In this document: piece by piece, positions 49,540 to 62,600 of the stretch
Layout: each line of letters starts with the position of its first letter
How positions within the stretch are numbered: position 1 is the stretch's first letter
Origin: Oikopleura dioica
Taxonomy: Eukaryota; Animalia; Chordata
Length of the DNA stretch: 64,000 bases
Assembly (NCBI GenBank): GCA_907165135.1
Contig: OU015569.1
Coordinates: forward strand, 1 to 64,000
Direction: 5' to 3'
Position numbers and translations under genes: made by a program
Notes under the pieces: model-generated
The model's database searches: none
What the model saw: only the letters and a program-made list of their open reading frames with translations
What the model was told of the DNA's origin: nothing

Positions 49540-50220
49540 GTTTATTTATCTGTATTTTGGAGCAGCAGTTTTAAACTAGTCGCCAACTTGTCTTCAATCG
49601 AAGCTGAATTGATCGCAGCCGATGGCTTTTTCTTGGGCTTTTCTTTGTCGCTAAATCAGAGCTCGAATAATTTCCAACCTTTAAAAATGGCAAAAACTCA
49701 TTTTCGAACAGGAGTTCTTTTCGGTAGTCATAAGAGAGTCTAAGCGCCTGAAATTATGAGAGCTCTGTTAGTAGTTCGCTTGATCTTCTTGATTTCCCTG
49801 GAAATAGGTTTGAAATCAAGGAAGAGAAAAAATGTTTGACCTAAGAACGTCTACTTTTTGAACGTCGATTTCCGACAGGCGCATTACTCTTTCCTCAGTT
49901 CATTATTTCGCTATCACCCAACGACCTTACAGCCAAAACTGTTCCTTTGACGGTCGATGACGGAGATGTCTTGGCTCAGTTCTCGCCCAGTCCGTTTGAC
50001 CAGAAGCATGCGTTTGTCAAGAGCGGCTGACGTCAACTTTTTCCGCCGCTCGGCGAGGCGACTTTTTTAAGAAATTTGAAATGCTTGCTTGAAAAGGGTT
50101 CTGCGTAGATCTGGTTGATTTTCTCTTTTCCTGAAAAAGTCTGCGCTCATGCTCAAGAAGTGAACTTCCGTCTTTGAAAGAAACGCCGCAGAAGGATGTT
50201 TTTGCCGAAACAGGCTGCAC
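49540..50220 (-). CDS. Possible small multi-exon gene, unknown function
   Basis: Short open segments bounded by GTAAG/GTC donors and AG acceptors (LDKRMLLVKRTGRELSQD; RVMRLSEIDVQKVDVL). No family recognised. Confidence 0.25.
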
Positions 50221-50384
50221 AATGCCCTTGCTCTGTTCCGTCTATCATTTTACAACAATTCTCCTTTTTTATTATTTATCATGCCCTGCTTTCATTTCTA
50301 AAATTTGCGTACAAAGATCTTGGATAAAGAGCGCTCGTCTTTATTCAGTTCGAAATTTTGAATCATTTGCAGTTTATTTTCGAG

Positions 50385-52457
50385 TTAAATTTTGGGCTTG
50401 ATTTTGAAAATGTCGAATGTGAAGGGAAGTGTTTTGGCGAGGAAGAAGCCGAAAGCGGTAAATACAGTCATGTCCAGGAGCTTGTCCCGCGTTCGCTTCG
50501 GCTTCGAGAATTTCGAGTGATCTTGCAACAGGTCGAGAACAGTGTACAACAGGCACCCTGCCAACAGGCTTTCCAGACTTTTGCCACTTTTCAGACAAAA
50601 AGAAAAGAAAGCTCGAATTTCAACAACGGCGAAATAGTAAAAAGTCCCTGTTCTAAGGCGACTCGGAAAGCCTGGCTATAACTGGCGCCGCTAGAAAGGG
50701 CTTGTCCTCCTCGTAGATCTTGACTAGCGAGATGCGCAGTTTGGGCGCAAACGTTTTCAGACTCAAATGCGTCTCATAGTTTTGCTGGGCTAGAAAGTCG
50801 CGCTGGGGAGGGATCCTCACTTTTTCACGAAAATTTAATTTTAGCAAATTTTAAAAAGCGCGAAAAGAATAATTTTCGAATTGAGTAAAGGCCCGTTCGT
50901 AAATAGTGTCTGCCTGCTCACGAGCAGTCTTAGTGAGCTCGCGAATAGCATCCGCCATCTGAAGAAAAACGAGTTTTGGGAGGAGGTAACTGGGACGCAG
51001 GTAATTGGAAATGGAATAAAACGGAACACGCTGAATGAAGATAAATAGAAACACAAAGAGTAGATCAAGGGAAGGCAACGGAAAGGCAGTTTTTGACTCT
51101 TGAAAGTTCTCGGGCGTCGAGGTGAAGAATGGAGGGCTGCATGTAGTTTAAGAGCTGCCACGAGCTGGGCTTCTCGCTCTCCCGCTTGTAGATGACGACC
51201 AGGGCTGGAATGAGGAAGGAAAAGAACAGTTCCACGCTGGGAAAGGCGGCAGACAGCAGCGAGTCGACAACTTCGATCATCGTCAGCGAAAGGCTCTCCG
51301 CTGCGAAGAGTGACGCGCATCTGGGCTCGAGCTTCTCTCGGAAGCCGGAAAGGCGCAGTTCGGGAAAGAGGCGCTCGAATTGCTCCACCAAAGAGTGGAG
51401 GGGCTCGTGAGCGAGCAGCGCCGCGTACAGACTATGCGACACCTTCATCATTTCATCGTTTGCCGTGTCACTAGCCAGAAGCGTTAAGAGTCCTTCCAAT
51501 TGATTCGATTAGACTCACCAGAAATCGACGATGTCTTTGAACAAATACACGACTTCGGGAAAGGAAGAAGACAGCCGCGCTAGTTTCAAAATCGCCTTTG
51601 AGGTTTGGCCGATTTGTTTTTCGCTGGAAAAGTTGACTTCTTTGTTCAAGAACATCCAGTGCTCGTGCATTCCCGACTCGTTGTCCATCGTTACGTCTGG
51701 AATACACTGAAACGGTCTTATTGAAGGGCGCTCAAAAATAGCCGCTTCTACCTCGATCGGATCGTCAATATCGAAATTGAGGTCGAAAATGTCCTTTCCA
51801 GAGATTTCCCACTGCGTCACTTCCAGCAGCGTTTCCTGCAGCTGCGAAACTGAGAGGTTCATCAAAATATTCGTCAGGGGCGCTAATTGACTAAAAAACT
51901 AGATTAAACTTCCAGCTTTTCGAGTGTTACTTTACTTGTCGACACTGTAGGGGCACTTCTGTATTCTTCTTTTGAGCAGCATCGCCGCGTGTGGGCACAT
52001 GAAGAGGAAAGACTGGCTGGGAGTGCAGTGGCAGGAGAAACTCGTCACGCGCCGCTGGGACCACTTGACGCTGACGGTGCCGCTTCCGTGGACTCGGCAG
52101 CTAAAGCAGTCGCTAGTAAAGAGCTCCAGAACTCGGATGAGTGTACCTCCAAGTGGCGAAGATCATAAAGCCGCTCTGGTTTACATTCTTGAACTGGGCG
52201 CACTCGCAGTCCGTTATTTCGTCTTTTCTAGCGTCGAACTCGATGGCTTCGATGACGGCTAGATCTGGCAGTGTCGCGTTGGCGCATTTTATCACTAAAT
52301 CGTCCTCTGGTACGAGCTGGCCGCGCGAGAGGAAGAACTCGTCCACTTCGTTGAACTGAACTTTTATCTCACAATTTACAGACGCTATTTTGCTCCTTAC
52401 AGGGATTTTAACCGCCGCTTCGATTGCCAACTCGAACAAGGAAACTGTCGAGCTCAT
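50385..52457 (-). CDS. ZSWIM4/5/6/8-family-like SWIM zinc-finger protein (short)
   Basis: BC-box-like SLFELAIEAAVKIP, SWIM motif VTSFSCHC-x9-CPHAAMLL, then LSVSQLQETL and IPDVTMD..EHWMFL, matching the order of ZSWIM N-terminal motifs. Confidence 0.6.
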
Positions 52458-52637
52458 AGTTACAGTATCAGTGCTACATTAACTAAAAAGAAAGATGAAT
52501 TAGGCGGGAAATGAAAAAATATCTCTGAATATTTATTTTGAAAAATGGCAGTAGTGATGCACGTGAGAATGTATGCAGTAGTAATACAGTAGATATAATA
52601 AGAAAAGAGAGTGAACGTGATGGAACTGAAAAAACGA

Positions 52638-55440
52638 TCAGACTTGCGAGTTCTCGTAGAAACTGTTGTAGTCGAGTCGCCAGGCCAGACAGCTCAGGAT
52701 CTGGACTTTGTCGTCCTTGAGCGACTCGAGGAAGTCACCGACCATCTTCTGGTAAGTCGTCCGGCAGGTGGTCACCGAACACTGCAAAATCGTTACATTT
52801 TGAATTGAATCTCTTAATTACCTTGTGTTTGAACATTTCGTTCTTGAAGGTGTTTCTGCGTTCCTTCTCTAGCAGCTCATCATCCTCGGAAAAGGCACTT
52901 GATTTGGCAATGGAGGCAAAAGCTGTTCGCAATTCTGACTCTTGCTGGACGGCCTCGAAGATTTTCTTCTGGATGTTTTCGAAGCGCACAATCTGGTCGA
53001 AAATCGACCTTCAAAGCAATTAAAATCTCGAATTGGCTTCTCCTCGACGCACCTGAGTGATTTTATCTTGTCCCAGAGAGAGTCCGCGAGCAGACAGCCC
53101 TGTTCCAGCTCGTTGAGGAAGGCATTGTGCGCGATGATCACTTCGTCCAGGTCCTTTGCTTTCTCGACCTGAAAATGAGCTGGTTTGGTGCAATCAAGAA
53201 GGACTCACCTTTTCGGCGAAGACTCCCCAGGATGTTTCGATGATTTCGAAGTGAATGTAGTACTGCAGCTGGCCGATGAAGTGGATCATTTCGAATTGCA
53301 GAATGTTGCTGATGAAGAACACTTCTCTCACTAGACAGCTCATTAGTTACAGTAATTCTATTTCTTTTGTACCTTCGCTTATTTCCCGCGAGTGTTGCTT
53401 CAGCGACATCATCATGCCCCAGTTTTGGTTAAGATTGAATTCCATTCGCTTCGATCGGAGAATGAAATTGAAAACTCTTAAAATCGATTCGATGTGAGTT
53501 TTTTCTTTTGTCGGATCCTACCTGATGTATTTTTTCATCACTTCTGTCGGGAATATCGTCTTTAGCGGCCCCTCGACGTTGTAGTTGAGCGAGAAGATGT
53601 CCCATCCGACGTCTCCGGGGTTCATTCCGTGGAGTCGAACGTCGATCGCCTTCAACACGTCCGGATGATCGTACTGCGCGTTCGTCAAGCTGATAGCTGT
53701 CTCGACGTGTTCGGCGAGGTTGCGCCGGAAGAGCTCGTCTGCTGGTTTTCCAAGCTCTTGCTGCAAACTCTCGAGCAAGTGTAGAACAAAGTCGCCCTGG
53801 CCTAGGAGCATGTAGTTTCGCATCGCTTGGAAGTGAAGCGGTAAGTTGTAGACTTCGTTCAAAACCGACAATAGACGAATAGAAGTGGACTCGTATGTAT
53901 CTAAATTCAATAGTCCTTTTGATGTCTTATAAAAGCGAAAGACTCACTTTTTATCTTGCCTTCAATTTGCTCAACAATGTTCAGATTTGGATCAGAAGCT
54001 TTCTCTTGGAATGGCTGGAACTCTGACTGTTTGCATACCTCTCTCTAAAATACGCTGCATAAGAAGTGATCAGAGAAAAGTGACCTTACCAGAAAATTAA
54101 TCGACTTCCCGATCAAAAGTATTTTTTCGGCTTGAGTTTTCGTGATGAAAGACGGAAGGAACTTCTCCTCGAGGTGATATCGGAAAGTCCAGAAATACTC
54201 GATCGGCTGCTGGAGATCAGCTGCAATGAGAAACTCGTTGTAAGGGTCGTGCAGGACGCCGTTGTACATCCACATGTTGAGCTGCACCATGTATGGTTTT
54301 GAACAGGCTTCGAAGACGTTTGTGAACATTTGCCGGATCATCGGGTGTCCATGGGCGACCAGGGCGTGCAGCACGGACAATATCTCACCCCCGCGCTTGT
54401 TTTGCACATTGAAGACCTAAAGCAAAAGACATGGAAGAGTGTTTTTGAGTAAGTAACTCACCAATAGGTATAAATTCTCTAGTCTAGTTCTCCATTTCTC
54501 CGTGGCGCTCTTTAGATAGATCAAAGTGAGCTCCGGCAGGATTCTGAAATTCGAAAGGGCGTAGCGATACTCGTCCAATTCCGCTGACAAGCTGCGCACC
54601 AGCGCGCTTCCAATCATCCCAAAGCCTTCCTGCTTCTCGTGCTGCGCGATAAAGGCGCTGATTTCGCGAACGTAAAATCCCAACGCGCCCAGCGACTCCA
54701 CATCTGATCGATCGCGACTGTCTACTCTGTACTTCTCCTTGAGTCGGTATCTGTAAAGTGAATTGACGTTGTCGTCGTAGCAAATGAAAGTGCCGGGGAT
54801 GTCTTCCATCGCAAAAAGAGTGTCTCGAATGAGATCCGCTTGAGAGACGTTCAAGTAGTCGCCAGAGCATGTTGCTTTCGCAGGTGTACTGAAAACAAGT
54901 TGGAAGCATTCTTTGTGCAGAGAAAAGTGACCTTGATAGAGTATTTCTTTTTGAAGTCAACAACGAAGCCTGCGTTGTATCTCTTGGCGTCGATTGATAG
55001 ATCGGCCGCGATCTACTCGACGAGATAGAAGTAACCGTTACACTGTTTTGCGAGAGGTTCTCTTTGTTCCGCTCATTTCGGCTAAACGCTGACTTGTCCA
55101 TCGACATGACAGAACGGAAGGCTGAGTCTTCGTCTTCCTTCGCGCTGGCCATGTCTTTCAGGAACTCAAGGACGGCCGCGTGCCGAGTCAGTTTCGGCTG
55201 CACACGACTCCACATATTTTCGAAGACGGCGTAGTTTCTTTGCGGAATGCGCCTCGCTAGATCTTCCTTCAGAAGAGTTGTCGAGCATTGTTTCGAAGCG
55301 ACGAACACTTAAATTGACGAATTGTTTGAATTCCTGCTGGTCAGATTTGTACCTGATTTTGTCGTTTCAATCGCTTTGGTCCTGTCGGGGTGTTTAATAT
55401 GCAGGCAATGTAAAAGCTCCTGCAAAGCTCCCGATTCCAT
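52638..55440 (-). CDS. TUBGCP3: Gamma-tubulin complex component 3
   Basis: LIRDTLFAMEDIPG, YMLLGQGDFVLHLL, NAQYDHPDVL..DVRL..GDVGWDIFSLNYNVEGPL and terminal LAWRLDYNSFY*. Confidence 0.9.
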
Positions 55441-56159
55441 TCTATCAATTACCATTGAAATAAAATCTCTATAAAAAATATCGACGAAAAAAGTCGAAGA
55501 AAGCTTCAATCGCTTTATGCCAAAAATCAGATTGCGTGCATCTGCATCAAATAGACAGTTGAAAATGAAAAATCAATCTTTTAAAAACAAAAATGGATGC
55601 GCTTTATTTTCAACAATGAATTCAAAGAACGTACAAGACTATTTGTCGTCTTGGTTCAGTAGTTCTTGTCTCAGAAAATAGGCAGTGATGGTTTCGTCTT
55701 GCCTTGCAAGGCGGCTTGTCGAGGTTGTTGGTTCCTTGCTAATGTCTCGTACCCTTTCTCTTCTTTGAGATGCTTGACAACTTGGTCGACAACAAGTCAG
55801 GAGACCAGTAAATTCCTCGTTGAATTCCTGCTTCAGGAATCATTCTCAATATTCGCAAAAACAAAAGGGATGGCTCATTTCAATCGCCAAATCTGAAAAT
55901 ACGAATAAAAGTAAAAATATTTTGAAGAAACCGAATTTGTTAGAAGAAAAGGAACCATTTGCCAATTAAGGAACTCCCCAGCAACTCTTCAAAAGTGGGC
56001 CAGTTTCAACGGGAGTTCCTTACATTGGCCAGTTAGAATGATCAAGCGTAGAAGAGAGAGGTCAGTGCACTGAAGGGGGTTTTTGATGACGATGAAAGTA
56101 GCGGTGGTGGATATTGGAAGTGCTGCCAGACAGAACATGCAAAAAGGTACAGAATCAGA

Positions 56160-57169
56160 TCAAGCCTGGACTGGGCGGGTGACTTGCCGCTTCTTCTCCC
56201 GCTCTTTGCGGCGCTCGGAAGAAGGCTCCGCGTTCTGGTCGCCTCCTTCGCGGTTGTAGAAGATGCAGTACTCTGAATTGCGCTCAAAGGGAGGCCTATC
56301 AAGAAGAGCTGTCTTACGGTCGGAGCGGAGATAGTCCATCAGCGCTTGTTGGCCTTTTTCCTGTTTTCTTCGATCGGTCGGACGAAGTAGTTCCTCTCCA
56401 GTCTCAGGATTTTGAGCTTCTTCCCGACGAGCATTGGAAGCTGCGGCGGAAGTAGACTCAGCAAATTGCCCTGCAAGATCAAAATGAAATTCGATTCTAA
56501 ACGAAGTAATCAAGCACCTGTAAATGAAGCTCTGTCAAATTGTCCATCAGTGAAATTTCCGGCGGAATGAGCGTTATCTCGTTATCTCTAGCGCAAAGTA
56601 TTTGAAGCCTCTTTAATTGGGCCACTTTTGAAGGAAGATGGTGGAAGTCGTTGTCGGAAACGTACAACGCGCGCAGCGACTACGAAAATAGGGAAAACGC
56701 GACTGGCTGAGAGTTACCTTGGAGAGGGGCTCGCAAAACTGCTCGCAAACTGTTTCGTTGAAGTTGTTGTACGTCAGGTCGAGTATTTCGAGCTTGGCGA
56801 GTTTGTGGAAGCTGTTCGGCAGGCGCTGGAGCTTGTTCATTCCCAAATTGAGATTACTCAGCTCTTGCAGCTAAAACAAGGGCTTCTAGAAAAGAATCGC
56901 GCTTTTGAATTCACCTCCGACAAGTTTCCGGGAAGCTCGACGAGCTCATTGTTGAAACAGTTGAGGAGTTTGAGATTCTTCAAGTTTGTGATCGAAGCAG
57001 TGAGCTGTTTGAGGCCGTTGTGCGCGAGAATGAGCTCGGAGAGGTGCTGCAGTTGGCTGAAGTCGGAAGAAATCTGCGTCAGTTGGGTGATGCTCTTGTC
57101 GCTGAGAGAAAGACTGTAGTGTCTGCTTTTCTTGTTTTCTTCAACGATTTTAGCAACCTTGCTCGACAT
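56160..57169 (-). CDS. RSU1: Ras suppressor protein 1 (LRR); apparent 1-nt frameshift near 56365
   Basis: MSSKVAKIVEE, LILAHNGL, LNCFNNELVELP, LNLGMNKL, LEILDLTYNN, QGNLLSLLPPQ and MDYLRS. Confidence 0.85.
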
Positions 57170-57347
57170 TCTGAAATGAAGACATAGATGATAACAGCTT
57201 CAAAGCTTGTAAAAATCAACCATCAACGCATTCAAAACATCTAGTAATTTTACAAGCTTGGGTCTTGATTACTTGGTTAGTTATCTTTTTGAAGAATGGA
57301 GTTTGGACAGTTTTTCAAGTCTAAAAGTGATTCATTGAGGCCAGAGC

Positions 57348-58440
57348 TTAGAGCATGCCCTGATGAGTGTCGACCGCGTGCTGAACTGAGTAGTACCACT
57401 GCATCAGCTCGGGGCTCTGTTCGTACTGCTCCCAAGCGCTCGTTCCTTCCGTCAAGTTGATTACTGCAAAAGCTTCGATATCCGCGATGGAGGGCCGCTC
57501 TCCGCCGAGGAAACGCTCTTCTCCCTTTCGCTCCAGAAATTTAGCAATTTGGCTTTGGCAGTATTGCTCGCGCGTCTGCTCTGGAAACTCTTTCCAAACG
57601 CGGAAGATGCAGAACCAAGCAATAAACATCAGTCCAAGGCCACCAGCAACAGCGCATACTTTGCCAGTCAACGTGTCTCTAAACAAACAGTCAGAATCAT
57701 CATCAAGCATCCGCCACTGCAGCAACCTGTAATTGTCGGATCTTTCCAGAAATTTGAGCTGATTTTGAATGGCTCTTAAATCAGCGGGGTACAAATTTGG
57801 CGCCACCGTGTGAAGAATTCCGTCTTGAACGAATTTCCTGTCTGGATCTGTCCATCTTTCATCGGGATCGGTGTGCACCTTGCTCTTGATGAATTTGCCT
57901 TTCTCGTCGAAGTAGTATTTGGTGATTTCGTTCATCGGCTCGGCCACTCCTCGGAGCACTTGCTCCAGAGTCGATACGATCGCTCCGGAGTCTTTCAGCA
58001 CTGCGTCGGGCTCGCTACTGTTATCATTGTAGAAGGCAAGAACGGGCACTAAAAATGACTCTTATTTGCTAAAAAGAACAGGCAAATTACCTTGTGAGTA
58101 GTTTTCAATAACACCCTTGAGTTCTGGCTTGCCAATGCTGACTTCGACGTCTTCGTAATCAATTCCTCGAAATTTAAGATAGGCCCTTACTTTGGCGCAG
58201 TAAGGACAGCCGAAATACCCAAATAAACGCACTTTCTTGTACGAGTTCCAATATTCGATCGTTCCAAAGGAATCTTCGATTATGTAGCTTCTATCTTTCG
58301 CCAACACATTTCTCGATTCCTTCTCGTTCCAGAAGAGCTTTAAAACGCTTTAAAATCACCTCGAATCCAATCGTTCTTTTTACCTGGATCGATGATAAAC
58401 TAGCGAAAGGAACGATTCGACGAAAAACGATTCGATTCAT
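57348..58440 (-). CDS. PTGES2: Prostaglandin E synthase 2-like (glutaredoxin/GST fold)
   Basis: GCPYCAKVRAYLKFRGIDYEDVEV, VPVL...LKDSGAIVSTL and FLGGERPSIADI. Targeting-like first exon MNRIVFRRIVPF at 58440. Confidence 0.8.
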
Positions 58441-58543
58441 TGAAATTCTAAAAGTAGAGAGATGGTCATTATTGATTTCAAATTGTCCCTATTTAGTATT
58501 TTGAGTAGCAGCCTAGTGATTTGACGGTCTTTCTTTGGATCGC

Positions 58544-59036
58544 TTATTTGACTTGAACATTAGTCAAACTGGCGGAGGTGACAAAGCCCTTTCCGGCAAC
58601 TTCCCAGGCGACATCCTGAAAGAGCTTTTTAGGACTTGTTTAAACCCAACTGTAGTTACGTTAAATGTGGCTTGGCATTTGTCGTTCGTCTTTAATCCTG
58701 GTGCGACTTGCTCGAACACGGAGACTGCTTTTTTACTCGTTGGCTTGATCAGTTCGTCGGGTTCGCCTGAATCAAACGTTTCTCAAATTGAGATCATTGA
58801 AGACACTCACCTTCGAAGCCTGGTACTTTGACAAGATCGCCCGGAACTGCTCCAGCTGGCGGGGCCAAGATCTCGACTTTCTCTGGCGTAGAAGCGCACA
58901 TGACCATTGCTTCGGAAACGATTCCTCTCATCTTCGCCGGCTTGAGGTTGCAAAGAAGGACGACCATTCTGTTCTGCATCTCTTCCAAGGGAACGTGCTT
59001 GACAAGGCCGGAAATGACGGTTCGTGGTTTATCCTC
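58544..59036 (-). CDS. AIMP1: EMAP-II/tRNA-binding OB domain (AIMP1 or a synthetase C-terminal domain); only the 3' exons are present
   Basis: [58 protein letters not shown], then GEPDELIKP...[11 protein letters not shown]. Confidence 0.7.
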
Positions 59037-59292
59037 TGAAGGGATCCTAGCTTCTGCTGAATCTCCCACTTCTAGCGTAGTTTGCCTGCTCTCTATATCT
59101 GGACGAGTGAAGAAAACGAGTAAAGTATCTTTGACGTCTGTATTTCGAGCTGGAGTAAAATAGAGGTTAATTCACGAACTGCGTGAATTACCGAATGGAG
59201 AGAAATACACGGCGGCGACCGAGCAAAGCTCGATCTAGATAAGCAAGTGACCTTAGGGGACGAGGGAGTCTAACGAATCTAAGATCCCAATA
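59037..59292 (-). repeat. Candidate 3' LTR (about 256 bp)
   Basis: Follows GGGGGG (PPT-like). Imperfect inverted termini TATTGGGATC...GATCCCTTCA. The partner LTR is not in the window, so the bounds are unverified. Confidence 0.45.
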
Positions 59293-59601
59293 CCCCCCAT
59301 GAGACTGAAACGTCCTCTAAGGCCAAAGTGTGTGATTTTTGCAGGAGTATAAGCGTAAGATGAGTAACATGGCAGGTTCGAAACGTCGAGGCAGTCTGAT
59401 TCGCGTTAAAAAACCCTTTTTTGGGAAAAAGCTTGAATCAGATGCGAAGTTTTCGTGATGTCCGAGCGGTGATGACATGAAGGAGTAGCTGCACATGTAG
59501 AAGAACTCAAAATACGTCGGCGACGGTAAACTGTGATAATTTCCGTACCTTTTCAGGCCCCGGTCGATGAATAGGGGACCTGAGTGGGGCAGTACTTGCG
59601 C

Positions 59602-62600
59602 TTAGTCGTATGACTGACCCGAGTTTGTGCCGATGTTTAGAGGTTCGACGGGCCTCGTTTCACGGTGTGCTCGTTTTGTATGTTTCGGGAGATGAGCTGC
59701 TCCAACTTCGGTTAAAGTCGCATTCGGATCGGCGCCGGCTGAGTATTGACGATCTGGTGAAGACTTTGGACGGGTTCTTTTCTTGCTGTTTTCAGTTGCT
59801 GAGCCCTCAACTACTGTTGAATATTGTTTATCGACTGACATATGGCTATTGTCGGGCGCAGCAACCTCCGAAATCACTGTAGCATCAGCTGACATGTCCT
59901 CGGCAGTTTCATAAAGAGTACCACCAGAGTACCAGCGATCTGACGGCTCGGCTGGAGCTACCGACGAGTCCAAAATAGATGTAGCGGTTGTATCTCCCAG
60001 ATTTTCCATGTCCAATCGGCGTCTACTTTCCAAAATAGGTGATAGAGATGATCTTGGCGGTTTTTCCATAGCAACCATCGGAGTCGACGCGACCTGAGAA
60101 GATTTCCTCCCCCCATGCGACTTCGACCCGGACTTTTCCATCGGTTTGGAAGTAGGAACAGGCGATTTTTGTGGGACTTTCGACTTAACGATTTCGGTTA
60201 AATGTGGGAATACGTACTCGGCCTCGTAGTAATCAATCCAGCGTAAGTCGTGATTTCGTTCTGCGGCGTGAACCACGTGTTCTCGATGGATGAAATCACG
60301 TTGTCCTTTTTTATCTTCGACCATGACGACCCAGTCGTTGCTCGAAACGGCTTTCAGGGGACCTACCCAGCGTTCCTTCTTGCTTTTAGCGTCGGTCAGG
60401 TTTTCTCGCTTAATGTACACGACAGCGCCAGCGGGGATTGGTCTCGGCTTAGGCTCGTTTTTCAGCCTGTGCTCCATGGCTCGGTCAGCAGCTTCCATCG
60501 CAGTTTTCACAATGGCTTCCGCCGATTTCGCTAAAGCTCCCACATTGAGACCAAACACCTGAGGTGTTTCCGCTGTCATTTCTGCGCCAGTAGAGTGGGT
60601 GAAAGTACTTTTTCGGCCAAACCAAACTTCTCGCGGTGAAATTTTCGTGCTTTTGTTTTTCACACTATTGAGCGCGCGCATCACGTGGGGAACGCAGTCG
60701 GCCCAAGTTTTTCGACCGGAAGATGAGTTGACCATGCAGAATAGACTGTTTTTGATAGTCCGATTCGCTCTTTCTGCGAAAGCGTTTGATTGAGGGTGAA
60801 ATGCGGTACTTATTGTATGTTTTATCTGGTTAAGCTTACACATTTCGTCAATCACGCTTGCGCAGAAGTGGGTACCTCTGTCACTGTGTAGATGTTTCGG
60901 CAAGAAATCCATGGGAAGGAAGACCTTGTAGATGAGCGCTTTTGCAGCGCAGATAGCAGTGTCGGACCGCGTCGGAATGCACCAAGTGTAGCGAGAGAAA
61001 GTGTCCGCCACCACCAAATAATACTTGAATCCGCCAGCGGGAGGCATACAAGCGAAATCGATCTGAATCGATTCGCCAGCTGTTTTTCCACGACGAAGGG
61101 TTCCAAGTGGCGGTTTGGTACGAGTTCCAGCAGATCCTTTTCTGCGTAGGCAAGGGACGCAGCTGTGGACGTAGTTAGAAACATCGTCTTGAAATGAAGG
61201 CCACCAAACGTCCTCTAATCGCTCTAAAGTCCGCGGCTCGCCCAGATGACCGGACAAGTCGTGAGCTAGAAAGAGAAAGTGACTTTTTACCGCTTCCGGT
61301 ACCACCGCCCGCGCGCCAGATTTGAATTGACACATCAAGCACCCGGTAGTGTTATCCAGGAACAGAGCTTTTTCCATCTTGAGTAGAGACGATTGTCGGT
61401 GGTCGGAGTCCTTCACCAGCGATTTTATGTCCAGTGGCTCCTTACCAGATTCCAGAAAAGTGATGATTGCACTCAGAGCAGAGTCCTCCCTTTGATAGTC
61501 CAGAATGTTATTATAATTCGCTGACACCAACGGAATCTCCATTGGCGCCGCGATAGCCTTGACGTTTACCTTATGTATCTTCACCTCTGATAAAGTGATT
61601 TTCTCCGGAAACTGATTTTCGTTCCAGAAAGGGACGAAGACACGTACTGGTGAATTCTTGTCGATTTCGTACTCGCGACCAACGGGAAACTCAGAGTCGT
61701 ATCCAAGTGATTTGTCGTCCTCGCCAGGTCTGCGGCTCATAAAATCGGCGAATTGATTTTCTGATCCCTTGATGTAGACAATGTGAAAATCGAATTCTTC
61801 CAATCGGCTTTGCCATCGGCTTATTTTAGAATTCTTGAACTTCTTTTTGTGTAGGAAGATCAAAGATCTGTGGTCTGTGTGAATCTGAAAGAATCTACCT
61901 TTCAGGAGCTTTTCCAGTCGCTCGCAGCACCAGACAATGCTAAACATTTCCTTTTCTGAAGTGTTCCATTTTCTTTCAGCTTTGTTGAAGGTGTGGGAAA
62001 TCGCGCTTACTAGGTGCACTCTCCCGCCATACTCTTGTAGCAGAACACCACCCGCTGCGTACAGGCTCGCGTCTGTGTAGAGGTGAAAAGACTCGTCAAA
62101 GTTAGGAAAGCTTATGACAGGAGTCTCGGAGAGTCGTCGTTGAATTTCCTTGAGCGCCAAATCCGCTTCTTTGGTCCACTTGAAACAATTTGTTTCGTTC
62201 GCCGAATTTCGAACATCGTTTATGGGTTTCATTCTGCTCGAGAAGCAACCGGATGAAATAGCTTCGCCCATTTTTGTTTCTAGAAAACCTCGGATCCAAT
62301 TCAATGACCCGATTAATGAAGCTAACTCCTTTTGGGAGCGTGGGGGTTTCATCTGACGAAGGGCGGAGACTTGCGCAGGGTCCGGTTTGATTCCTTCTTC
62401 GTTGATGATTCGGCCCAAAAAGTGAGCTTCTGATTGTAGGAAAGAGCACTTTTCGCCCTTGAGTTTAGCGTTAAACTTGCGGAGCGCGATGAATAGGTTT
62501 CGGAGAGTGTTGTAATAGCAGCTGAAAGACTTCCCAAAACATACTATGTCATCGATATAAGAAAGCATCTTCTTCCTGGTGGGGCTTGAGTCGAGAATCG

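Noticed and set aside
55660-55880. Possible extra exon or small gene between RSU1 and TUBGCP3
   Set aside because: Three short competing frames, none with a convincing family match.
59300-59600. env-like ORF downstream of pol
   Set aside because: Only about 300 bp separate the pol stop from the G-tract, and there is no ORF.
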